Virus record (IMG/VR): IMGVR_UViG_3300030207_000368
Location: 1-52,807 of that record
Length of the DNA: 52,807 nt
From: a virus
Taxonomy: Duplodnaviria > Caudoviricetes
Direction: 5' to 3' (one strand)
Shown piece after piece: positions 17,698 through 26,544 of this stretch (positions within the stretch are counted from its first letter, which is position 1; the number at the start of each line of letters is the position of its first letter). A program made the translations under genes and the position numbers. Under the pieces are notes generated by a model. The model saw only the letters and a program-made list of their open reading frames with translations, searched no databases and was not told where the DNA came from.

Positions 17698-19553
17698 TCT
17701 GCTTCGCCCCATGTTTGTCCTTTTTCGTAATCCACTACTAGTGGAACCTTTAGTTCAACACAGTTCACCATCTTGTCGATAATGAGCTGAGCTTGCTCTT
17801 CTGTCTCGACCGAGTAGTCGAGCTCATCGTGAACCTGTAGGTGCGGAACAAGTCCCTCTTTCCACAAGTCACGCATTGCAAGTTTCGTCATGTCAGCTGC
17901 TGATCCCTGGATCAATCTGTTAAGTGCTTTATAGGTAAACGATCGTTTGATCGACTGACCATATTTATCGAGTGCTTCTTCGTGAGGTAGAGGAGTCGAT
18001 CGTTCGCCGTGGCTAGGCTCCCACAAATCGAAGTGACATTTTCGACCGCCGAGTGTTGTAATGTAGCCTCGCTGGTCTGCCATCCGAGTACACATCGATT
18101 GTATTCCTTTAATAAAAGGTACTCGATCGTGATATTTGTTCAACAGCTGAAACGCTTCTTCTGACTCGAGTCCGAGTTCTCGAATTAACTTGTCTTTGCC
18201 CATTCCGTAAGTCAAGCCGAGATTTATATTCTTAGCTTGCTTTCTAGGTATGTCAGCCATATCTGCTACGATCTGATGAAAGTCTGCATCTTGGCTGGAG
18301 TAGGCTTCTACTGCCTCCTCTGCTCCTGTGAGTCCGAGCAATGATGAGTAGTGCACCGTGATTCTAGGTTCTTGCTGAGAGTAGTCGAACACTCCCCAAT
18401 GTGCTCCTTCCTCAGGAATAAACAGCGATCGAATCATCTTACCGATCTCAGGATCTCTAGCAGGAACTTGCTGTAGGTTTGGATTCGAGTAACTAAATCT
18501 ACCCGTGACCGTTCCTCCTCCATCGTTACGCAGCGGATGAGCTTCAGCATGAATCCTACCGTCTGAACAATGTTCTAAAATCATTCCGTCGATAAACGTA
18601 GTCCGAGCTTTGTTTAGTTTTCGAGCAGCGACCAGCATCTTCGGTAGTTCGTGGTCGTGATTCTCGAGCCAGTTAGCTTGGAAACTAGGCATTCCTTTTT
18701 CTGTGTGTGGATACCATATGTCATTGTTATCGAAGGCTTTTTGTATCGAAGCGTTAGACCAGATCTCAACATTGGAACCAAACTTTCTCTTAAACTCAAC
18801 TAGAAGCTGCTGCTCTTTTTTCGATAGTTCTTCTGATACCTGATGTGCTCGGTCGAGGTCGATCCTCACTCCTCTCCATCGCATTTCGATTAACAGAGGA
18901 ATGAGATCGCACTCTAGGTCGTAGATTTTTTGTAAGCCCTCCGAGGCAATCAGCTTGCTGAAGATAGCCCAGAGTTTTAAAGTCAGGACAGCGTCCTGCT
19001 CTGCGTAAGGTGCAACATACTTGGCGGGAAGTGCGTAGAGTCCTCCCTTAGTGCTTACCCCCCAAGCGGTTGCCGCATCATGTAATAATGACTCATCTTT
19101 CTCTTCTCCGCAGTAATCTTTTCCTAGATTGTTTAGCGAGTAGGATCTTCTGTTCTCGTCTAGCAAAGGAGCCGCAAACATCGTGTCTCTAATCGAACAC
19201 TTTATGTCGATCCCTTCTCGTTTGAGCCAGCCTACATCGTAAAGTGCATTGTGGAAAACGAGCGTGCCTTTGTGGTTTTCAAGAGTGTTCTTGAGCCAAC
19301 GTAGGACAAGTTCTTCTTCTAAATTACCACCGCCCTCGTGTCGTATGGGAAGATAACCTGACCACGTTTCAGTGGCTAATGCAATACCTACCGTATGTCC
19401 TTTTCCCGTAGCCCATCCTGGTCCTGTTTTCGATAGATCAGGATCATATGTCTCAAGGTCTACCGCAATCGTTTCAGTAGGTGCAAACGAGGGTAGTATC
19501 TCAGGAGCTGCCCACTCGCTCTCAGGCTGAATCAACGGTATCTGTCTCGACAT
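17694..19553 (-). CDS. polA: Family A DNA polymerase with 3'-5' exonuclease
   Basis: Exo DLET, HNALYD, YAEQD; TGRFS..PNLQQ; motif A DYSQQEPR; motif B KNINLGLTYG; motif C VHDEL. Confidence 0.97.
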   Translation of the reverse strand: MSRQIPLIQPESEWAAPEILPSFAPTETIAVDLETYDPDLSKTGPGWATGKGHTVGIALATETWSGYLPIRHEGGGNLEEELVLRWLKNTLENHKGTLVFHNALYDVGWLKREGIDIKCSIRDTMFAAPLLDENRRSYSLNNLGKDYCGEEKDESLLHDAATAWGVSTKGGLYALPAKYVAPYAEQDAVLTLKLWAIFSKLIASEGLQKIYDLECDLIPLLIEMRWRGVRIDLDRAHQVSEELSKKEQQLLVEFKRKFGSNVEIWSNASIQKAFDNNDIWYPHTEKGMPSFQANWLENHDHELPKMLVAARKLNKARTTFIDGMILEHCSDGRIHAEAHPLRNDGGGTVTGRFSYSNPNLQQVPARDPEIGKMIRSLFIPEEGAHWGVFDYSQQEPRITVHYSSLLGLTGAEEAVEAYSSQDADFHQIVADMADIPRKQAKNINLGLTYGMGKDKLIRELGLESEEAFQLLNKYHDRVPFIKGIQSMCTRMADQRGYITTLGGRKCHFDLWEPSHGERSTPLPHEEALDKYGQSIKRSFTYKALNRLIQGSAADMTKLAMRDLWKEGLVPHLQVHDELDYSVETEEQAQLIIDKMVNCVELKVPLVVDYEKGQTWGEAE

Positions 19554-19872
19554 CCCTTACCTTTTCCTCTATAAGCTCGTTAGAGCCGTATCTAATGTGA
19601 TGCTCTACTAGTAAGAGGTATCGTCTAAGATCCCCTATATCGTCTAGTAAACCGTCCTCGCCGTTAAACTTACTTCCCGCTTCGAAAATATCGTAATTGC
19701 AGTCTTTGCTTTGCTGCTCAATACGGTCGAATTTACGAGCCAACATCATAAAAGCACCAGTACCGCCACGCCTTCTCCAAGAGTCTCCGTACGATTTCTC
19801 AGACTCAATTAGGCTGTGTATGTCTTCCTGCGCAATAGACTTAACATCCTGCCACTTAGGATCCAGTCCCAT
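19522..19872 (-). CDS. Nucleotide-modification-associated domain 1 (DUF1599)-like, MazG-type all-alpha NTP pyrophosphatase fold
   Basis: KSYGDSW..G..G..RKFDRI..LLDDIGDLRRYLLL; start MGLDPK behind SD GGGAG. Confidence 0.65.
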   Translation of the reverse strand: MGLDPKWQDVKSIAQEDIHSLIESEKSYGDSWRRRGGTGAFMMLARKFDRIEQQSKDCNYDIFEAGSKFNGEDGLLDDIGDLRRYLLLVEHHIRYGSNELIEEKVRDVETDTVDSA

Positions 19873-20923
19873 GTTTCTTCTCCCAATTAAGTTGTCTTCG
19901 TTTAATCCAATGGAATGCGGCTTCTTGCCAATCCAGTGCTTTAATTTCTTTAAGAAAGTCATAAGCCTCCTTGTAGTTTCTTTCTTTGTGGCTTCTAAAT
20001 GCTGAAACCATCGGTATCATCACGTCAGGAAAGAACGTGTTCTTATAGGTTTCCGTAGTAAACGACGGTGAGAACGCATCCACCTCTTCTGGGTTTCCAG
20101 ACCGTCGAGTAGGAGGAGTGGTTTGTATAAATTGCATACACTCATCGGTAAATGAATCTGGGTCTGAGACTAGAGGGTAGTGAGGGTTAGGGTAAGTAGA
20201 AGAGAACCAAGAGCCGAATCCTCTGCCTGATAAATCCTTTATCTTGTCCCATTGTTCATTTTCATAAATGTGAAAACTATCGCTGATCTGGTAGTACGGC
20301 CCCATCTTTATTCCTAGGGCTGCTGCCACATACTCTTGTAGCACCGACATATGAACTGCGTTGGCTCCGTAAGCTCCCCAGATCATATCGTTCGACCGAT
20401 TACAAACTGTCATTTGTAATTTGTTATCTCTGATCTTGAAATAGATGTTTGTGTTACAAGGTATGTCGATACTCGAACTGTTCAAGTCGTGCACCGCATC
20501 CCACATCTGTAATACACAACGCCTAGAGTCTGGGTCTTCTTTCAACATTTTTATGATTATGTCGATCTGATTCCACATAAACGTCTTAGTCCACCTGTAC
20601 CCGTAGGCTCCGTTTAACCTCACGCCATCGTCTGAAAAGTTAGCCATGCCTGCGTTGAAATAAGTCAGCTTCTTCAGCTCTTTAGATCCTGCTAACATCC
20701 AGATAGCTTCGTACAAATGAAAGAAAGGATTTGCATCGCGTTCTTTCTGAAATGAAACACGCTCCCAAGGTCTCGTGTAGTGTGTAACAACAGGGCCAAT
20801 GGACTCTCTTGTTGTTCCATTTCTACTTTCTTGCTTTCTGTAATTGACTCCTTCTGGACCTCGAAAAAAGTCCACTCCTAGATAAAGAGCTTCATCTACG
20901 TTTCGAGCTTTAATCGTCTTCAT
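19856..20923 (-). CDS. Thymidylate synthase homologue, probable dUMP hydroxymethylase
   Basis: DPDSRR, catalytic PCN, RSNDMIWGAYGAN (Asn indicates dUMP specificity), SFHIY; start MKTIKA behind SD GGAG. Confidence 0.85.
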   Translation of the reverse strand: MKTIKARNVDEALYLGVDFFRGPEGVNYRKQESRNGTTRESIGPVVTHYTRPWERVSFQKERDANPFFHLYEAIWMLAGSKELKKLTYFNAGMANFSDDGVRLNGAYGYRWTKTFMWNQIDIIIKMLKEDPDSRRCVLQMWDAVHDLNSSSIDIPCNTNIYFKIRDNKLQMTVCNRSNDMIWGAYGANAVHMSVLQEYVAAALGIKMGPYYQISDSFHIYENEQWDKIKDLSGRGFGSWFSSTYPNPHYPLVSDPDSFTDECMQFIQTTPPTRRSGNPEEVDAFSPSFTTETYKNTFFPDVMIPMVSAFRSHKERNYKEAYDFLKEIKALDWQEAAFHWIKRRQLNWEKKHGTGS

Positions 20924-21146
20924 ATAAACTCTCCGTGTTCTCTTTAAGAATATATTCGATCTGCAATCGACTGATCTCTTTCCCTTCGAAATACATAGAC
21001 CAATGTATCGCGTTGATAGCGTCCTCCCACGTGTTAGGCATCGTCCTATCTTCCATACATCCAACTAGGAAGTTGCCGTAATAAAACATCACTTTTTCAG
21101 CGTAGCTTTCTTCCCCTTCCATCACGTGTTGTTTGAGTTTACCCAT
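20910..21146 (-). CDS. Hypothetical protein in modification operon
   Basis: 78 aa, SD AAGGAG, overlaps both neighbours. Confidence 0.65.
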   Translation of the reverse strand: MGKLKQHVMEGEESYAEKVMFYYGNFLVGCMEDRTMPNTWEDAINAIHWSMYFEGKEISRLQIEYILKENTESLYEDD

Positions 21147-22072
21147 TTGCTTTCTCCTTTATGTAAATCTTCTATTAGTGGCATTTCCCTATTAGAGTAG
21201 TCATACACGCTTCGTGTACGGCCTTCTCCATTATGGATTCGAGAGTATTTATCGAATTCACACAGTCCTCCCTCTACCTCTCGCATTTCAAAAGGCATTC
21301 GGTAATACGGACTGTCTACAGTCATTCCAGGAACTTTTAATTCTTCTTTACAAATGTCGTACAGGATTCGCATCTCTGTATGCCAGTCATGTGTTTTACG
21401 AGTAAAGTCTAGTGGTCTACCTGTTAGTCTGTTTAGCCCTCTCATGGCTCCTGGTCCTGGATTACCCCAAGTACAAATGTCTGTGGCTTCGTTTAACAGA
21501 TAGGTATGTCGTAGGTCGGTAACAATTTCGTACGAAACGAAAGGGCCGATATACGGGTACTGCATGAGAAAAGACCACGCCTCTTCAAGGGTGGTCATTC
21601 TCTCTAGCGCAGCAAGTAGCTGTTCACGTTTAGACCAGATATGAGAAACACATTCAGCAACACCTTTGACCTTGTTCATGCGGTTAGGAGTCTTAACGAT
21701 ATAAGCTCCTGTAACCCATTTAGGTTGTTTGCTGATCTCTTCGATAGCTTTCTCTCTATCCCACTCGAGATGTAGATTGTGATCTAACAGCGTTCTTCCT
21801 GTCTCAATCAAGTTGAAAAATCTAAAGATGATCGTTGCCATCGCTACTTCAGGTTCAGCAGATAGCGGTCTGCGTATATGAGCAGCGAACCAACGAGTTG
21901 TTCTATCGTCTTCTCGAAAGACTTGACAGAACTTGAACTTCTTAAAAATCTCATCTTCAGTCCAAGGCGGGTCAGCGTTAGCATCTTCTTTCTTTCTTCT
22001 AATCCGCTCTCGTTCTTCTATCCAATACAGATAGAGGACAATCTCTTCTGAGATAAAAGGTGTATTACTCAT
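21122..22072 (-). CDS. aGPT-Pplase1-like (5-hmdU DNA kinase helical domain) hypermodification protein
   Basis: YWIEERERI..PPWTEDEI..FCQVFREDDRTT..FRFFN..TGAY..IGPF.SYEIVTDL..GPGA.RGL..LCEFDKY.R. Confidence 0.85.
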   Translation of the reverse strand: MSNTPFISEEIVLYLYWIEERERIRRKKEDANADPPWTEDEIFKKFKFCQVFREDDRTTRWFAAHIRRPLSAEPEVAMATIIFRFFNLIETGRTLLDHNLHLEWDREKAIEEISKQPKWVTGAYIVKTPNRMNKVKGVAECVSHIWSKREQLLAALERMTTLEEAWSFLMQYPYIGPFVSYEIVTDLRHTYLLNEATDICTWGNPGPGAMRGLNRLTGRPLDFTRKTHDWHTEMRILYDICKEELKVPGMTVDSPYYRMPFEMREVEGGLCEFDKYSRIHNGEGRTRSVYDYSNREMPLIEDLHKGESKWVNSNNT

Positions 22073-22932
22073 GGTTTCTTTCTTAATATCCATGCACAGT
22101 TGTTAGATACTTCTGGGAAGAAAGTCGCGGCAACCACTCTAAGAAACTGTTTACCGTAGCGTTCTTGTAGAAGCTCGAACTGGTCTTCCATCAACCGCCA
22201 CTCAGCGTCCTCATTATCTTTACTCATAGCTGCTTTTAGTTTAGGCATCTGAGCAAACGTACCAACTACAGATTGTAAAAACCATCCTCGAGTGTATCGA
22301 GTCAACTCTTTCTTGAGTTCTTCGAACCCCCATTCGTATATGTGGTCTTCAGGCAACTTATCGTTGGAGCCATCGTGGTTAGGTGTAGAGACGTAAATCA
22401 AACCTCCTGGTCTCAAAACACGGTTAGCATCATCAAGCCACGCTTGAATGAACTCTCGGTTCATGTGTTCAATAACTTCTGTCGTCCAGAAGAAATCAAT
22501 AGAGTTATCAGGTAAATCGAATACAGGGTTAACGGTAAGGTCTTGGATATCGATCTGCCCGTTGAAGTTCTTAAACCAAGTAGAATCTTCTACTAGTCCT
22601 GTCGGGCTGCTGTACCCTTGTTTCTCGTTGAGACACGCAGGGTCTATATCGACTCCTCGATAAGAGGCGATAATGTCAGACTTCTTAACGGTGTAGGCTT
22701 TGTACAGATTCCTAAGAACCCATATCTCTCCACATCCTGCCTCTAGCGTGTTGATAGGTCTGCCTAATTTCTTCGCTTCTTCGATACAGAGCGAGGAAAT
22801 CTTATCGTAACGAGTCATGTGGGTGATCTCGTCAGGTCGCCAGTTTCCTAGCATATTTCCACTAGCAATATCCATGCGAGTGTTTTTACTGTTGTTTACG
22901 TTTTCTTCGAGTTTCTTCCTAATAGAAGCCAT
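22069..22932 (-). CDS. Class I SAM-dependent methyltransferase (small-molecule type)
   Basis: LEAGCGE, GVDID, LPDNSID..EVIEHM, RVLRPGG..STPN; no DPPY/NPPY or PC motif. Confidence 0.85.
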   Translation of the reverse strand: MASIRKKLEENVNNSKNTRMDIASGNMLGNWRPDEITHMTRYDKISSLCIEEAKKLGRPINTLEAGCGEIWVLRNLYKAYTVKKSDIIASYRGVDIDPACLNEKQGYSSPTGLVEDSTWFKNFNGQIDIQDLTVNPVFDLPDNSIDFFWTTEVIEHMNREFIQAWLDDANRVLRPGGLIYVSTPNHDGSNDKLPEDHIYEWGFEELKKELTRYTRGWFLQSVVGTFAQMPKLKAAMSKDNEDAEWRLMEDQFELLQERYGKQFLRVVAATFFPEVSNNCAWILRKKP

Positions 22933-23456
22933 TATGTTCTCCACCATGTTGGTTTGCGGCTAGGGTCTTTCTCCCATTTAGCAAAATGTTGTTTTTCGTT
23001 TATTAAATAATTTCGATAAGAGTCAAACACATCGTCTGACTTATATTCATCTGGCATTGCTAGTACGAACCCGTAAGGTTCTTCTATCGCATCTAGTAGG
23101 GCACTAGATCTAAAAGGACGCCACATCAATGGCCCCTTGAGTCTAGCAGAGGCATGACTTTTCCCGTAGCGGTGTGTGTACTCATCGCACAAAGCAACGA
23201 AGTGTCTGTATAACCACTTATAGTTTTCTCGAGCTTGTCTAACCCAAATACTACAGGGGTGATTAGGATGTGCGGTTTTGTATAATTCATGTTCGTCTGC
23301 GTACTTTGACGAGAATTCACTCGACCTTAGATCGTTAGGTTCGCGCCAAGCTGTGGATAACATCTGCGCTGATTCAAGTACCATCTTGACAACGTGTTTA
23401 TCACACAACGTCTGTGCACTTATTACTGGATCTGGGTCAGTAACAAATATATTCAT
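22932..23456 (-). CDS. Pyrimidine dimer DNA glycosylase / DenV-like protein
   Basis: MNIF..CDKHVVKM.LESAQML..YK..H.NHPC..W..NY.WL..EY..RYGK.H. Confidence 0.8.
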   Translation of the reverse strand: MNIFVTDPDPVISAQTLCDKHVVKMVLESAQMLSTAWREPNDLRSSEFSSKYADEHELYKTAHPNHPCSIWVRQARENYKWLYRHFVALCDEYTHRYGKSHASARLKGPLMWRPFRSSALLDAIEEPYGFVLAMPDEYKSDDVFDSYRNYLINEKQHFAKWEKDPSRKPTWWRT

Positions 23457-23479
23457 TTATTTCTCCTTTCTTATTTATT

Positions 23480-23514
23480 AGTTTACTTAAAGACCCTTAG
23501 AAGGTAAAGCACTA
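23480..23514 (-). promoter_or_regulatory. Promoter of the modification/polymerase operon
   Basis: TAGTGC-TTTACC-17 nt-TAAACT, then SD GAAAGGAG. Confidence 0.75.
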
Positions 23515-25005
23515 AAGCGGAAAATACTTTTGCGTCTGCGGCTCAATTAAATAAAGATTTTCTTTTGCTCTAGTAAGCCCTACATAAAACACACGCGACT
23601 CATCGTCAGGATTATCCTGGAAAGATTTGTACACGCGACTTGATATGTCGGTTAGTAAAATTACATTATCTGCTTCACCTCCTTTGGCTGCGTGAATGGT
23701 AGATAAGCGTATCCGTGGTTCTTTCGTGATCTTTTCACCCCGCCTAAGCATGGCTCGTATGTAACTGCGCTCATCTGCTGAGATTGCGGTGAATACATCG
23801 TACCAATATTCGTTAGGAAGGTTAGGAATGTGTTTTGAGGCTATTTCGTGTGTGATATAAGTATCAAAGTCGAAATTCTCGAGGGAGTTAGGTAGACGAA
23901 TCTTTAAATAATTAAGCACTTTGGTAAAATCTACAAAGGGGATTCCCTCTCCTTTTCTAAAACTCTCCCAAGATCGCACTGACATGATCTTCCTTTCCGA
24001 AACGCTTGGCTTATTTTTGCTTTTATAAAACCAACCTTCAGATCTACAGTGTTGTTCGATGTTGTTGAGCAGATAATTTGTCCTTGCTAACACTAACCAC
24101 TCACCGTGTTCCATGTCTATAGTTTCATAAGACGGTTCCCACGAAACGTGTCCTTCTTCTTTTCTAGGGTTCCACACTTTATGTACACGCGAACCGACTT
24201 GTCCGATACAACGCTCGGCAAGGCTATGGATAGATTTAGGGATTCTATAGGACTGTTTGAGAACCATCGCATCTTTAGAGTTGCGAATGAGGTAATCGAC
24301 ATCTGCACCAGCCCAACGATAGATAGCTTGATCATCGTCGCCTGCGATATAGATACGATCAGCTGAGTCACACAACTTCCTGACCACGGCCCATTGAAGA
24401 GGAGAAAGGTCTTGAGCTTCATCGACAAACATTACATCTAACTTCGGAGCCTTTCCTCGGGTAAGGAACAGTTGCAGCATATCAGTGTAGTCGATCAACA
24501 GTCGATCTTGTTTGAACAACTTTAGTCCGTTAGCAAATCTTTCTAACTCGAACCAACCCACAGCATCGTCAGCGTCGTGCCACTGTGTTTCTAAACTGAC
24601 TTGTCGCATCCTAGAGAGATTTTCTATGAACAATAGTCGATCATCTTTAGAGATGCCAGAGATGTGTCCTTCTTCGGTGCTTACTGCTCCTTTCAATCTA
24701 AGGTTCAGCTTTTCATTTAAGTCGTGTATATCCGAAGAAGACATAACACTGCTTTTAGATAGACTCAGTTGATAAAAACATAACGAGTGGAGGGTTCTAA
24801 AATACCGCAGTTGGTTATTAGTCACAGAGAACTTCGACATCGCTCTGCTCTTCCCCTCCTGCACTGCTTGTTTCGTAAACGTAAAGAACCCTATGTCTTC
24901 AGGGTCTGTTCCTTTATCGAGTTCTTCTTCGAGTAACCCTAACAGGGTGCTTGTTTTACCAGTTCCAGGAGGGCCAAGTATTATTTGTGCCCGTTGTGTT
25001 AACAT
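23512..25005 (-). CDS. UvrD/Rep-like SF1 helicase
   Basis: GPPGTGKT, TLHS, DEAQD, GDDDQAIY, STIHAAKGGE, YVGLTRA. Confidence 0.95.
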   Translation of the reverse strand: MLTQRAQIILGPPGTGKTSTLLGLLEEELDKGTDPEDIGFFTFTKQAVQEGKSRAMSKFSVTNNQLRYFRTLHSLCFYQLSLSKSSVMSSSDIHDLNEKLNLRLKGAVSTEEGHISGISKDDRLLFIENLSRMRQVSLETQWHDADDAVGWFELERFANGLKLFKQDRLLIDYTDMLQLFLTRGKAPKLDVMFVDEAQDLSPLQWAVVRKLCDSADRIYIAGDDDQAIYRWAGADVDYLIRNSKDAMVLKQSYRIPKSIHSLAERCIGQVGSRVHKVWNPRKEEGHVSWEPSYETIDMEHGEWLVLARTNYLLNNIEQHCRSEGWFYKSKNKPSVSERKIMSVRSWESFRKGEGIPFVDFTKVLNYLKIRLPNSLENFDFDTYITHEIASKHIPNLPNEYWYDVFTAISADERSYIRAMLRRGEKITKEPRIRLSTIHAAKGGEADNVILLTDISSRVYKSFQDNPDDESRVFYVGLTRAKENLYLIEPQTQKYFPL

Positions 25006-26529
25006 CTACAATACGCTGTCGTCGAAATCAGGTAAGTCGTGTGATTCTGTCTGAGCTTCAAACTGTGGTATATGCCACACATTCGCACCTTTCCCTTTTA
25101 TATTGAAGAAATAAGAATCTCCTCCCATGTTCCTCAATTTAGCTGTAAGTTTATTTCTAGGGTACTCTCTAAAGTTCTTGCGGTGTAAGTAGTCCATCAG
25201 ATCGCCTAGTCTAAAATATGTTCTATCCTTATCTGACCACGGCTTTCCTAATAGTAACTCGTCACGTTCTCTAGCAGGACGTTCAGTACAAAACGTCTCT
25301 AATAATTCGTTGAAATGCCCCTCAGTTGATGCGTCTTTAGGAACTTCGATGATAGTCAAAGTATCCAGGAGCTGTTGTATAATCTGACGCCAGACATTAT
25401 CCCTTACCTTCTGGGGAATAATATTGAGGCTGTCCATACACTTTCTCTGAAACCTATTCTGGTTCAGGAGTTCTTCAGTTTCTAACTCTAGTCGTCCACC
25501 TTCTACATCTAAGAACCAGATAGGAGGGTCACTGTTCTGCTTAGTTAGATTACTGAACAGAGGAGTGCCGCCCGAAGCTCCTATACCAAATTTACGAGTT
25601 CTACATAGAGGACTGTTACAGTGTCCCGCTATCGGCTGATCGTTACACTTATAGAAGTAGTCTTTCTTCTGAACTTGTTTCGTAACCGTTAACACTTCTT
25701 GTGCACTCAAAGGAGGAGAGAAGTGCTTATGGTTAGCCTGCTCTACTCGGCTTTCCCAATCATCTGGAAACTTCTTTCGTAGAAAAACTCCTACGTTAAA
25801 CAGTCCTGAGTTTCGCATTCCTTTCGGAAACCCTTGAGCTATTAGATGCTCTAAACAAGGAGGAGCCTGATCTAGCCACTCAGCGTCCTCTAGTATAGGA
25901 ACCACTTCTAGTTTCTCTAACTCTTCTTCAGTTAGAACGAGTGTCTCTACATACTCTAGGAATTCTTTCGGACTGAGAACTTTACCAGTCGGGCCGAAGC
26001 CGTAACCAGTAGAGTTCTCCCCGCCAAAATAGGGCATATTCAGAGAACTTCCTCTATCCCCTCGCTCTAATAAGAGCTTAGTTTGCTTAGGAAATATCTC
26101 AGACTGACCAAACCCAATAGCAGACGCTACCTGTCTAAGTTTTCGTTGCATCGTAGATGCAGGGACGGGGTCAAACACAAATAGAAATAAGTGCGCCCCT
26201 CCACTCTTTGATCGACACACGACCAAAGGCAATTTAAATTTCTTTAGCTTTTTGGCTAAAGCCTTCAGATCTACTGAAAACTCATCGATGTCAATAGATC
26301 CCCAAATGCAGTTGTTATCTTCGTCAATCGGTACTATACCGAGACCTCTTTCACCTTTTAGGTGTTGTAACCAAATATCCTCAAGTTCTTTTTTGCTCAG
26401 AGTTTTAGATATAGTTACATACTTACCCTTTGCTTTCCCATCTTCCCGTGTTTCTTTTGTCGGGGTAAAGACACTATGACCGTGCCTTAACCCCGCAAAA
26501 CGGTGGGCAAACTCTTCCTGTAATGACAT
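25006..26529 (-). CDS. AEP-family primase with PriCT-like domain
   Basis: WGSIDID, RSKSGGAH, EIFPKQ..LNMPY, PPCL..G.RN..LF, Cys cluster. Confidence 0.8.
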   Translation of the reverse strand: MSLQEEFAHRFAGLRHGHSVFTPTKETREDGKAKGKYVTISKTLSKKELEDIWLQHLKGERGLGIVPIDEDNNCIWGSIDIDEFSVDLKALAKKLKKFKLPLVVCRSKSGGAHLFLFVFDPVPASTMQRKLRQVASAIGFGQSEIFPKQTKLLLERGDRGSSLNMPYFGGENSTGYGFGPTGKVLSPKEFLEYVETLVLTEEELEKLEVVPILEDAEWLDQAPPCLEHLIAQGFPKGMRNSGLFNVGVFLRKKFPDDWESRVEQANHKHFSPPLSAQEVLTVTKQVQKKDYFYKCNDQPIAGHCNSPLCRTRKFGIGASGGTPLFSNLTKQNSDPPIWFLDVEGGRLELETEELLNQNRFQRKCMDSLNIIPQKVRDNVWRQIIQQLLDTLTIIEVPKDASTEGHFNELLETFCTERPARERDELLLGKPWSDKDRTYFRLGDLMDYLHRKNFREYPRNKLTAKLRNMGGDSYFFNIKGKGANVWHIPQFEAQTESHDLPDFDDSVL

Positions 26530-26544
26530 TGCTCACCCTTAACA

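Noticed and set aside
19856-20923. dCMP hydroxymethylase (T4-like hmC pathway)
   Set aside because: The specificity position reads Asn (GAYGAN) rather than Asp, and the neighbour is a thymidine-hypermodification family gene
19856-21064. 402-aa long form of the synthase
   Set aside because: The extension overlaps the 78-aa gene; an SD-supported ATG lies at 20923
22069-22932. Restriction-modification DNA methyltransferase call
   Set aside because: No DPPY/NPPY/SPPY or PC catalytic motif; pattern matches small-molecule methyltransferases
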